From contig JALSHK010000006.1 of assembly GCA_026982275.1 (NCBI GenBank), forward strand, positions 1-34,875: a stretch of DNA of 34,875 bases, written 5' to 3'. Source of the stretch: Paracoccaceae bacterium (GTDB lineage Bacteria > Pseudomonadota > Alphaproteobacteria > Rhodobacterales > Rhodobacteraceae). The translations under genes were made by a program, and so were the position numbers. Within the stretch, counting starts at the first letter, position 1; every line of letters begins with the position of its first letter. The notes beneath the pieces were generated by a model. The model was not told where the DNA came from and searched no databases. It worked only from the letters and a program-made list of their open reading frames with translations. This document shows positions 1-6,488 of the stretch, in pieces.

Positions 1-659
1 GCGGTGTTTTCCCGCAGCGTTTTCAGCAGGTAATAGGCAAAAACCGAATGACCGTCAAAGCCGTCATCCGATACCGGCTCCAGCCCGCCGCTTGTCAGGG
101 CCTGCCGGCTGTTTTTGGCGAGGGCTTGCTGCATATAGGCATCGTTTTTGCCTATGCTTTGCGGGGCTTCACGATGTTTGAAAAAGTCACCTGAAAAACA
201 GGAATCAGAGATAACCAGCACATGCCGCGCGGCCAGGCGGGCCAGATAGGCCTTGATGGTTTCATTCAGGATCGAGCCATGCAGGGTGTCTTTGCGGGCG
301 TCCACCGGTGCCCAGGCTCCCATTTCAGAAAAGCTGTCAACGCTGCCATGACCGGCAAAATAGATCAGCAGCGAATCCGCCTCATCCAGCGCTTTTTCGC
401 CGTTTTTGCCATAAGCCCGAAAGGCACGGTCAATATTTTCGGCCGTAGCGGATTCGTTCCAAAGCTCTGTCACGCGGCTCTTGGCAAAGCCGTAATGGGT
501 GACCAGCACATCACGAAGGGTTTTGGCATCGTTAACGGCGGTTTTGAGCGGGTCGAAATGGATGTATTCATCTATGCCGATCACCAGCAAATGATAATCA
601 CCCCGCCCCGCACTGCGGGGAGGCTGTGGTGGTGGGACGGAGCGGGTGTCTCGGGTCAT
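1..659 (-). CDS. Caspase-like (peptidase C14 fold) cysteine protease; C-terminus runs off the window start
   Basis: This ORF is absent from the ORF track because it is open at the window edge. My reverse-strand translation from the ATG (complement of 657-659) reads MTRDTRSVPPPQPPRSAGRGDYHLLVIGIDEYIHFDPLKTAVNDAKTLRDVL...SLLIYFAGHGS...HVLVISDSCFSGDFF. This gives the caspase/metacaspase His motif (GHG) and Cys motif (D-S-C-x-S-G) in the canonical order. I saw no in-frame stop down to position 1. It lies 35 nt downstream of the preceding caspase-like gene on the same strand. Confidence 0.75.
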   Translation of the reverse strand, partial: MTRDTRSVPPPQPPRSAGRGDYHLLVIGIDEYIHFDPLKTAVNDAKTLRDVLVTHYGFAKSRVTELWNESATAENIDRAFRAYGKNGEKALDEADSLLIYFAGHGSVDSFSEMGAWAPVDARKDTLHGSILNETIKAYLARLAARHVLVISDSCFSGDFFKHREAPQSIGKNDAYMQQALAKNSRQALTSGGLEPVSDDGFDGHSVFAYYLLKTLRENT

Positions 660-694
660 TTTTCGGGTCCTGCTGAAATGTGCTTTGGTGGTTT

Positions 695-2161
695 TCAATT
701 TTCCTGGTTTTGAAGTCGCCGTTTTAGCTTTTCCAAGTTACTACATGCTGCGTCGCACCCCATGTCGCAGGCTTTAGCGTAGAGCTCCATAGCTTTGGCG
801 TTGCGCTGAGCGCTGGTTCCAGCTACTCCGAGGTTGTTCGCATACATCATTCCTAGGAAGTTGAATCCATCAGCATTCCCCATTTCGCAGGCTTTTAAAA
901 AACAATTAACTGCTTTGGATGCGAGTTCCGGATTTTTTGTCTGCTGGCAGTCTGTCATGTAGCGCCATCCTACCATCACACACGTATCTGCATCGCCTAA
1001 CTCGCAAGCCCTAGCATAAAACTCGTAGGCTTTTGAGACGTCGCTTTCTACCATTCCCAATCTGGATTCGTCGCACATCATCCCAGCCGATTGGCAACAT
1101 AATATATCGCCTAAGTCGCAACCTTTTGAGTAGAGCGCCAATGCTTTTTTGTGACGTAGGTATTTACTTTCATCAACGCCAATAATACCTTCATTGAATT
1201 CGTAAGCGGTCCCAAGAAAATAAAACCCGTCGGGATCACCGCTCTCGCAAGCTTCGGCATATTTGCGGACATGCGCATCCTCGCTCTCTTTGGCTTTAGA
1301 TATGATCTCAAGTAAAAGTGGCGAAAGGGTGGGTAGAAAATAATCTTGCCGCAGCACCTGCGGCACCTTTTTTACTATGGGCAGCGGGGCCGTATAGCGG
1401 GCGAGGTTGATGTCGACCCCGCCTTTCATTTCCAAAAACGGATCTTGGGCACTGTGTACTTCTTGCTGCGCGGTGAGCGGGGTTTTTGCCTGCACATAAT
1501 CCACCAGCTCTGACAGGCGGGTTTTGCCCATTTTAAGGGCATCGAGCATATGGGCGGTAAAAATGCCCTGTTCGCGGGAATCCCATTCAAAGGCGCGCTG
1601 GCCTTCGCTGCAGGCGCTTAGCACGGCTGTGGTGGCCAAGCCTTTGCTCTGGCTGGCGCAGTGAGACTGGATATCGCGGGCAGCGGCGGCATAATGCGCC
1701 TGCGCGCCGGCTTCCAGCTCCGGCAGGGCCGAATCACGCCCTATGCTGCGGTTTTGGCAGCAATCGAGAATCATCACGGTATTTCGCGCCCCGACCTGAC
1801 GCAGGGTTTCGTTAACAATCCCCAAAGGAATGGCGGTGCGGGCGAGGTCGGTATTGGTGGTGCTGATGCTGCAAAGGTAGCGGTGATTTCCATCTTGCGA
1901 GAAGCCGTGGCCCCAAAACCCGAAGATCAGGAGATCCAGATCTTTCAACAATAACAAGGCGTCCAGCTGGTTTTTTATGTAATCCCGCTCGACTCTCAAC
2001 CCGCCCTCAACACCGCATTGCATGAGGGTGATATCGTCAGAATCAAACCCGCATTCCGCTTCCAGTGCGGCCTTGAAGGCCGTTGCATCATTGCGCGCAT
2101 AGGACAGGGGTGCCAGCGGGTGGTAGGTGTTAATTCCGATTAATAAGGCGTGGCACTTCAT
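695..2161 (-). CDS. Caspase-like (C14) protease domain fused to C-terminal Sel1-like (SLR/TPR-type) repeats
   Basis: 488-aa ORF. The N-terminus reads MKCHALLIGINTYHP...ARNDA...LLIFGFWGHGF...VMILDCCQN, giving the His and Cys catalytic dyad motifs of the caspase fold. The C-terminal ~190 aa carries at least 4 Sel1-type repeats (YFLGTAYEFNEG...ALALYSKGCDLGD; AYEFYARACELGDADTCVMVGWRY; AVNCFLKACEMGNADGFNFLGMMYANNLGV...AMELYAKACDMGCDAACSNL). Confidence 0.85.
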   Translation of the reverse strand: MKCHALLIGINTYHPLAPLSYARNDATAFKAALEAECGFDSDDITLMQCGVEGGLRVERDYIKNQLDALLLLKDLDLLIFGFWGHGFSQDGNHRYLCSISTTNTDLARTAIPLGIVNETLRQVGARNTVMILDCCQNRSIGRDSALPELEAGAQAHYAAAARDIQSHCASQSKGLATTAVLSACSEGQRAFEWDSREQGIFTAHMLDALKMGKTRLSELVDYVQAKTPLTAQQEVHSAQDPFLEMKGGVDINLARYTAPLPIVKKVPQVLRQDYFLPTLSPLLLEIISKAKESEDAHVRKYAEACESGDPDGFYFLGTAYEFNEGIIGVDESKYLRHKKALALYSKGCDLGDILCCQSAGMMCDESRLGMVESDVSKAYEFYARACELGDADTCVMVGWRYMTDCQQTKNPELASKAVNCFLKACEMGNADGFNFLGMMYANNLGVAGTSAQRNAKAMELYAKACDMGCDAACSNLEKLKRRLQNQEN

Positions 2162-2287
2162 GGTGATTCCTACGACTACTTAATAGCAATAGATACTAAA
2201 CGATACCATAAGTCAACAATACTAGCGTATTCGCACCATATGATAACAACCGATAAAAATAGGTAGACAAAGCCAGTAATATAGATA

Positions 2288-2298
2288 TATTGACAATA
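2288..2298. promoter_or_regulatory. Short palindrome TATTG-A-CAATA overlapping a TTGACA hexamer (candidate operator)
   Basis: The sequence tattgacaata has perfect 5-bp inverted arms around a 1-nt centre, and its half-site is shared with the palindrome at 2325-2341. Confidence 0.3.
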
Positions 2299-2324
2299 AG
2301 CGATGACACGGGTTGCGGATTGCA

Positions 2325-2341
2325 CTATTGATTAACAATAG
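2325..2341. promoter_or_regulatory. Perfect inverted repeat CTATTG-ATTAA-CAATAG (candidate operator)
   Basis: The sequence ctattgattaacaatag has 6-bp perfect arms and a 5-nt AT spacer, and lies 37 nt upstream of the HTH gene start. Confidence 0.35.
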
Positions 2342-2377
2342 CCCGAAGGCGGGCAAAAGCAACCACAGGAAGAAGCA

Positions 2378-2866
2378 ATGTCTGGCAAGGATGACAGAGT
2401 TATGGGAATTGAAGGTTTGGCCAAGTATCTGAACTTGTCGAAATCAACGGTATACAAGCTGGCCCAGGAGGGCTCTTTGCCGAGTCAGAAGGTGGGAAAG
2501 CATTGGCGGTTTCGGCAGGAGACCGTAAACCGCTGGCTTGATGGCGAGCTGGCGGGCAAGTCGACGGTGGGGGTGGTTCGCCCCGCGCAGGCGCCAGAGC
2601 CGGCGGCAGCAGAGTCTGCAGGAGGGCTTTTGCTCGATAGCTTTGACAACCGTCTCACCAAGGCCCAAATCGAGAAGCTCAAGGGGCGCTGGATCGAAAC
2701 GGTTGACCAGTTTTTCTCCATTGCATCAACGCAGGCGGGCGCAGCGGGTCTGGCGGCATTGCTGGGCATGTCGAATGAGGAATTTTCGCCATGGCTGACG
2801 GCTTTTGAAGAAGATATTTTGTCGGACAAGGGTGCCGCAACAAAAGATGAAGGTGGTGGTGGGTGA
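2378..2866 (+). CDS. Excisionase/MerR-superfamily helix-turn-helix DNA-binding protein with an uncharacterised C-terminal domain
   Basis: 162-aa ORF. The N-terminus MGIEGLAKYLNLSKSTVYKLAQEGSLPSQKVGKHWRFRQETVNRWL matches the pattern of the excisionase-family HTH (HTH_17-like: LS.stvY.l...G.lP..k.G..wrF....i..Wl). An alternative start exists at the ATG at 2402. This is the first gene of the operon. Confidence 0.8.
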   Translation: MSGKDDRVMGIEGLAKYLNLSKSTVYKLAQEGSLPSQKVGKHWRFRQETVNRWLDGELAGKSTVGVVRPAQAPEPAAAESAGGLLLDSFDNRLTKAQIEKLKGRWIETVDQFFSIASTQAGAAGLAALLGMSNEEFSPWLTAFEEDILSDKGAATKDEGGGG

Positions 2867-4110
2867 AGATATCCGGGTTCACATCGCTATCTGCGCCCGG
2901 CGTTGGCCTGCTTTCTGATGGTCAGAAGGCTGTATTGGCCTCGTTGTGGGTCGAGAATGTAGAGGAGGCGGTGAGCCTCGTTGCTGCTGTCGAGCATGCG
3001 AATGTGGAATCGGAGGTTTTGGTGCCGATACGGGCCGCGTTGGCGCCGTTTATGCTGGCACTGCCTGAGGAGGAGCTTGCACGATGGGGGAGTGCGCTGC
3101 ATCCGCCTGCGCTCGGGTGTCGTGTGGAGCCGGAGACGATGGCTGCTTATGCCGCAACGGGCCGCGTGACGGCGGGGCGGGCTTCCAGCGGGATGTCCGA
3201 GGCACCGCTGCCGGTCAGTGTGCGGTTGATGGACCGGCTGGGACCGGTCAAGGCGCAGGGGGAGCGCGGCACATGTGTGGCGTTTACTCTGGTTGGGTTG
3301 CGCGAGTATTTGCTGGAAAAGCCGGTCCGGCTTAGCGAGCAGCATATGTATTGGGGTTGCAAGCAGCGCGACGGCTTTGAGGGCGAGGCTGGTTCAACCA
3401 TTCATGATGGCCTGTCCGCGCTGCGGGCTTTTGGTGTCTGCCCTGAAGCGGACTGGCCCTATAGTGATGCGGTGATTGCGCATAACGAGTCCCATGGGCC
3501 GGTGCCCGCTCAGGCTGCAAAATCAGCGAAGGGTTTCCGGATGCAATATACCACGGCCGTTTCGCGCAGCAATGTAGTTGATATCAAACAGGTTTTGGCC
3601 GGAGTTGATGCGCAAGAAGGCATGCCGGTGGCCATATCTGTTCTGGTTTTCAACAGCTGGCTGCATTCCTACGCTACACAGCAAACCGGAAAAATAACCA
3701 TGCCATTGCCCGGAGAAGAGCCGCAAGGCGGCCATGCGATGCTCGTGGTCGGGTATCAGGAAGATACATCTGCCCCCGGCGGGGGTTATCTGATTTTGCG
3801 CAATAGCTGGTCAAGCGAGTGGGCGGGCCATTCACCCGAAGCGCCGGGCCATGCGGTAATGCCCTATGGCTATTACGAGAGGTTTGCGATGGAGGCTTAT
3901 TCCGGGGAGGTTCGCGCGGTCGCTTCCCCGCAAGAGCTTGCAGAAACGGGGCTGCAATTTCTGACTTTGGAGGAGGATGCGCGTGACAAATACGGCAAGC
4001 TTTTGCGTGCGGGTTGCAAGGTTGTGGTCGACCCGCGAGATGGTGCCAGCTTTTTGAAGGCGTCTCCAGCGAATATTGCTGAATTTTCTACCCATGCCAA
4101 TGCTAACTAA
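2863..4110 (+). CDS. Papain-like (peptidase C1 family) cysteine protease, no signal peptide, with N- and C-terminal extensions
   Basis: 415-aa ORF whose GTG start overlaps the upstream stop (GTGA). The catalytic motifs are VKAQGERGTCVAFT (compare papain VKNQGSCGSCWAFS; Gln oxyanion plus Cys), GGHAMLVVGY (His) and LILRNSWSSEWAG (Asn-Ser-Trp). The N-terminus MKISGFTSLSAPGVGLLSDGQ is not hydrophobic. Confidence 0.85.
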   Translation: MKISGFTSLSAPGVGLLSDGQKAVLASLWVENVEEAVSLVAAVEHANVESEVLVPIRAALAPFMLALPEEELARWGSALHPPALGCRVEPETMAAYAATGRVTAGRASSGMSEAPLPVSVRLMDRLGPVKAQGERGTCVAFTLVGLREYLLEKPVRLSEQHMYWGCKQRDGFEGEAGSTIHDGLSALRAFGVCPEADWPYSDAVIAHNESHGPVPAQAAKSAKGFRMQYTTAVSRSNVVDIKQVLAGVDAQEGMPVAISVLVFNSWLHSYATQQTGKITMPLPGEEPQGGHAMLVVGYQEDTSAPGGGYLILRNSWSSEWAGHSPEAPGHAVMPYGYYERFAMEAYSGEVRAVASPQELAETGLQFLTLEEDARDKYGKLLRAGCKVVVDPRDGASFLKASPANIAEFSTHANAN

Positions 4111-4122
4111 ATCGGAGTCCTT

Positions 4123-4710
4123 ATGAAATCTCTCATTGACCTGATCCGGAAATTGCTCAGGCTCGGGCCTGCAAATCCGGCGCAAGCCAGCCTTGAAAAG
4201 CTAGAGCTGATCAAGCAGAGCAATATGGATAGCCTTGAGGCGCTGAAGGACCAGATCCGCGATCTGGTGGCGCGGATTGGCCAGAAAAAGGCCGAGCTTG
4301 ATGACACCAAGATCCCCGCGCTTCGCAATACGATCGAGCGTGAAATCGGCGAGCTTTTGAATGAAGTGGAGCGGTTTAGAACCCGCGAGGATTATATTGT
4401 CCGCAATATCACACGCATTTCCAAGCTGGTAGAGAAACTCCTGCAAAATCAGATTGCGCGGGAGCAGGGTGTATCTGAAGGCATAATAGAAGATACCACC
4501 CTTGATACCGAAGAAGTGTTGGCCAGCATGGAAGAGGAAGACAGGGCCATGGAGCAGATGGAAAGCCGCAGATACAGGCCGCTGAATGCTTTAGAGGCCG
4601 AACCGGCCCGCGAGGCGGAGATTTCACTCGAGGCGCGGTTGCGCGAAGTCGGTATTGGGGAGGACGCAGCTAGGCCCGGGAAAAAGCCGAATTTGGACGT
4701 CGAAGAATAG
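4123..4710 (+). CDS. Coiled-coil protein, probable ESCRT-III (Snf7/CHMP)-like subunit with C-terminal MIM1-like motif
   Basis: 195-aa ORF with a GGAG RBS 8 nt upstream. It appears all-helical, with a basic/neutral N-terminal half and a strongly acidic C-terminal half (IIEDTTLDTEEVLASMEEEDRAMEQME). The near-C-terminal EISLEARLREVG fits the MIM1 consensus (D/E)xxLxxRLxxL. It lies directly upstream of a clearer ESCRT-III homologue and a MIT-AAA ATPase. The CDS itself is confident; the family call is moderate. Confidence 0.55.
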   Translation: MKSLIDLIRKLLRLGPANPAQASLEKLELIKQSNMDSLEALKDQIRDLVARIGQKKAELDDTKIPALRNTIEREIGELLNEVERFRTREDYIVRNITRISKLVEKLLQNQIAREQGVSEGIIEDTTLDTEEVLASMEEEDRAMEQMESRRYRPLNALEAEPAREAEISLEARLREVGIGEDAARPGKKPNLDVEE

Positions 4711-4743
4711 GCAACAAACATTGCGCAACGGGAGGATAATGAA

Positions 4744-5388
4744 ATGGCATTTAATAAAATTTTCAAAAGTCAGAAAGATCGGGTCCGGGAAGAAAAACGC
4801 AAAATTCTCCGTGCCACTAATCAGTTACAACGGGGTATTGACCAATGTAATCGAAAGGCCGATTTTTTCAGGGCTGAAATGGAAAAATCCCTCAAGCTTG
4901 CAAAGAAATACGCGGCTGAGGGCAATCGTGATATGGCCCGGAGTATTGCTAATAAAATCAGGTCTCACAAAATTCGCATTGCGAAAGTGGAAATGAATGC
5001 CGCTGTGATGGATAAGCGAAAGCTGCAGGTGGATATGGCCGGCACCCAAAAGGAATTTACCGAAGCCATCGGCCAGTTGAACGAGCTGGTTAAATTAGAC
5101 CCGAATGCCTTTATGGATGTTGTGGACGATGAAGCAAAACTGGCCGAGGACCAAACCGAAATCGATACGTTATGGGAGCAGCTTTACACGCAAGACATGG
5201 CAGAGGTGGAATTTGCCGGTGGGCCGATTGAAAGTGTTGACGAGATTCTGAGCAATTTGGAGGCGGAGGTCAGTGCGGAAATTGGCGGAACCGTGTCTGA
5301 GACCGGACAGCGTGACCGGGAGGCGCAGCTTAGCAAGATCAATGCGGGCATAGAAAATATCGAAAAGCTGATGGAGAAAAACAAGTGA
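4744..5388 (+). CDS. ESCRT-III (Snf7/Vps2/CHMP family)-like protein
   Basis: 214-aa ORF with a GGAGGA RBS 7 nt upstream. MAFNKIFKSQKDRVREEKRKILRATNQLQRGIDQCNRKADFFRAEMEKSLKLAKKYAAEGNRDMARSIANKIRSHKIRIAK aligns by eye with the Vps2/CHMP2 alpha1-alpha2 hairpin (FGK..tpqE.lr...R.l.R..ReleRe..kle..ekk...eiKk.AkkGn...Ak.lAkdlvr.rk). The acidic distal part, with VDEILSNLEAEVSAEIG, resembles the CHMP alpha5 region (DEIVNKVLDEIGVDL). Confidence 0.7.
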   Translation: MAFNKIFKSQKDRVREEKRKILRATNQLQRGIDQCNRKADFFRAEMEKSLKLAKKYAAEGNRDMARSIANKIRSHKIRIAKVEMNAAVMDKRKLQVDMAGTQKEFTEAIGQLNELVKLDPNAFMDVVDDEAKLAEDQTEIDTLWEQLYTQDMAEVEFAGGPIESVDEILSNLEAEVSAEIGGTVSETGQRDREAQLSKINAGIENIEKLMEKNK

Positions 5389-6488
5389 CTTTGTTGACCG
5401 ACAAAAAGGCCGAGCAGGAAAAGCTTGCCGAAATCGCGTTGCAAAGCAAGGATTTCAAGGCCGCTTTCTTGCATACTGCATATGCGGCCAAGCTGGCATA
5501 CAAGCTGGCCGCAGCAACGGAGGGGGTTGTTTCCCAAGCCTATATAAAAAATGGTGGAAGGCTGGCCGATGCGGCCGGAAAATTGCAAAAAGCCAGTAAA
5601 AACCAGCAGGCCGAGCAGGAGAGAACACTGGAGGGGACGGATAAAGACGCGGTGCAAACCAGCCAGTGGCAGATGACCAGAAAGCCGGATGTGCGCCTTG
5701 ATGATGTGGCGGGGTTGACGGAGGTGAAGGCCGCTTTGCAACAGGATGCGATTTTGCCCTTCGAGTATCCCGAAGTTTATGAGCGCTACAAGCTGGCTGG
5801 CGGCGGCGGGGTGCTTATGTATGGCCCGCCCGGCACGGGTAAAACCTTTATTGCCAAGGCGGTAGCCGGGGAGCTGAAGGCTGCGTTTTTCTCGGTGGAT
5901 CCTTCGCAGATCAAGGGAAAATATGTGGGCGAGACCGAAAAGAACATGCGCGCCCTTTTTGAAGCGGCGAGACAGCACGAGCGGGCGGTTATCTTCTTTG
6001 ACGAGGTGCATTCGCTTTTGCCCAGGCAGCGTGGCACCGGGGTAAATGCTGTCACGATGTTTTTAACCATGATGGACGGGATCACCAGTGATAGCGGTAA
6101 AACCATTTTGCTGGTTCTCGGGGCGACGAATCATCCCGATATGATGGACCCTGCTACTTTGCGTTCCGGACGCTTCAGTAAGCACATTTATGTGGGGCTG
6201 CCCGATATCGAGGCCCGGGAGTCCATCGCGAAATATTGCTTTCGGGATGTTCCATTGGACGGCGGGTTTCCATTTGCGGAGGCGGCCGCACGTATGCAGG
6301 GGTTCAGCGGGGCCGATGTGGCAGCGGTTTGTAAGAAAACAAAAGCCGCTGTGGCTATGCGGGATATTCGGGAATCCGCCAATGGGCGGGTATCTGGCGA
6401 GGATTTTTTCGAGGCTATATCGGGTTTTACACCAACGGTAACCGAAAAAGATGTGGCTAAATTCAATGAGTGGCGCGGCAAAAGCTAA
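5385..6488 (+). CDS. Vps4-like AAA+ ATPase (classical/meiotic clade) with N-terminal MIT-like helical domain
   Basis: 367-aa ORF with a GTG start in a GTGA overlap. Motifs seen are Walker A GVLMYGPPGTGKTFIAKAVA, Walker B VIFFDEVHSLL, sensor-1 VLGATNHPD, and an Arg-finger region LRSGRFSKHIYVGLP (compare Vps4 RRFEKRIYIPLP). The ~75-aa N-terminal helical region (LAEIALQSKDFKAAFLHTAYAAKLAYKLAAA...) is consistent with a MIT 3-helix bundle. The AAA+ call is very confident; the Vps4/MIT call is moderate. Confidence 0.85.
   Translation: MTLLTDKKAEQEKLAEIALQSKDFKAAFLHTAYAAKLAYKLAAATEGVVSQAYIKNGGRLADAAGKLQKASKNQQAEQERTLEGTDKDAVQTSQWQMTRKPDVRLDDVAGLTEVKAALQQDAILPFEYPEVYERYKLAGGGGVLMYGPPGTGKTFIAKAVAGELKAAFFSVDPSQIKGKYVGETEKNMRALFEAARQHERAVIFFDEVHSLLPRQRGTGVNAVTMFLTMMDGITSDSGKTILLVLGATNHPDMMDPATLRSGRFSKHIYVGLPDIEARESIAKYCFRDVPLDGGFPFAEAAARMQGFSGADVAAVCKKTKAAVAMRDIRESANGRVSGEDFFEAISGFTPTVTEKDVAKFNEWRGKS

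Larger units (their letters stand above)
2162..2377. promoter_or_regulatory. AT-rich divergent intergenic/promoter region between the caspase genes and the 14-gene operon
   Basis: This 216-bp non-coding stretch is visibly much more AT-rich than the flanking DNA. It contains a TTGACA hexamer (2290-2295) and multiple CAATA(G)/(C)TATTG half-sites. An AGGAAG Shine-Dalgarno-like element precedes the ATG at 2378. The promoter assignment is positional only. Confidence 0.45.

Noticed and set aside
222-713. 163-aa plus-strand ORF at the left end
   Set aside because: It lies entirely antisense to the caspase-like CDS, whose catalytic motifs read cleanly on the minus strand. Its own translation is low-complexity with no motif. 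I treat it as a shadow ORF.
2378-2866. Excisionase-family HTH as evidence for a prophage or integrative element
   Set aside because: No integrase, recombinase, att-like direct repeats, tRNA or phage structural genes are present anywhere in the window. This HTH type is also widespread as a plain transcription factor. I therefore did not call a mobile element.
5184-6011. 275-aa minus-strand ORF
   Set aside because: It is antisense to the ESCRT-III-like and Vps4-like genes, where the Walker A/B motifs read on the plus strand. The translation is Leu/Arg/Gly-rich and typical of a shadow frame.
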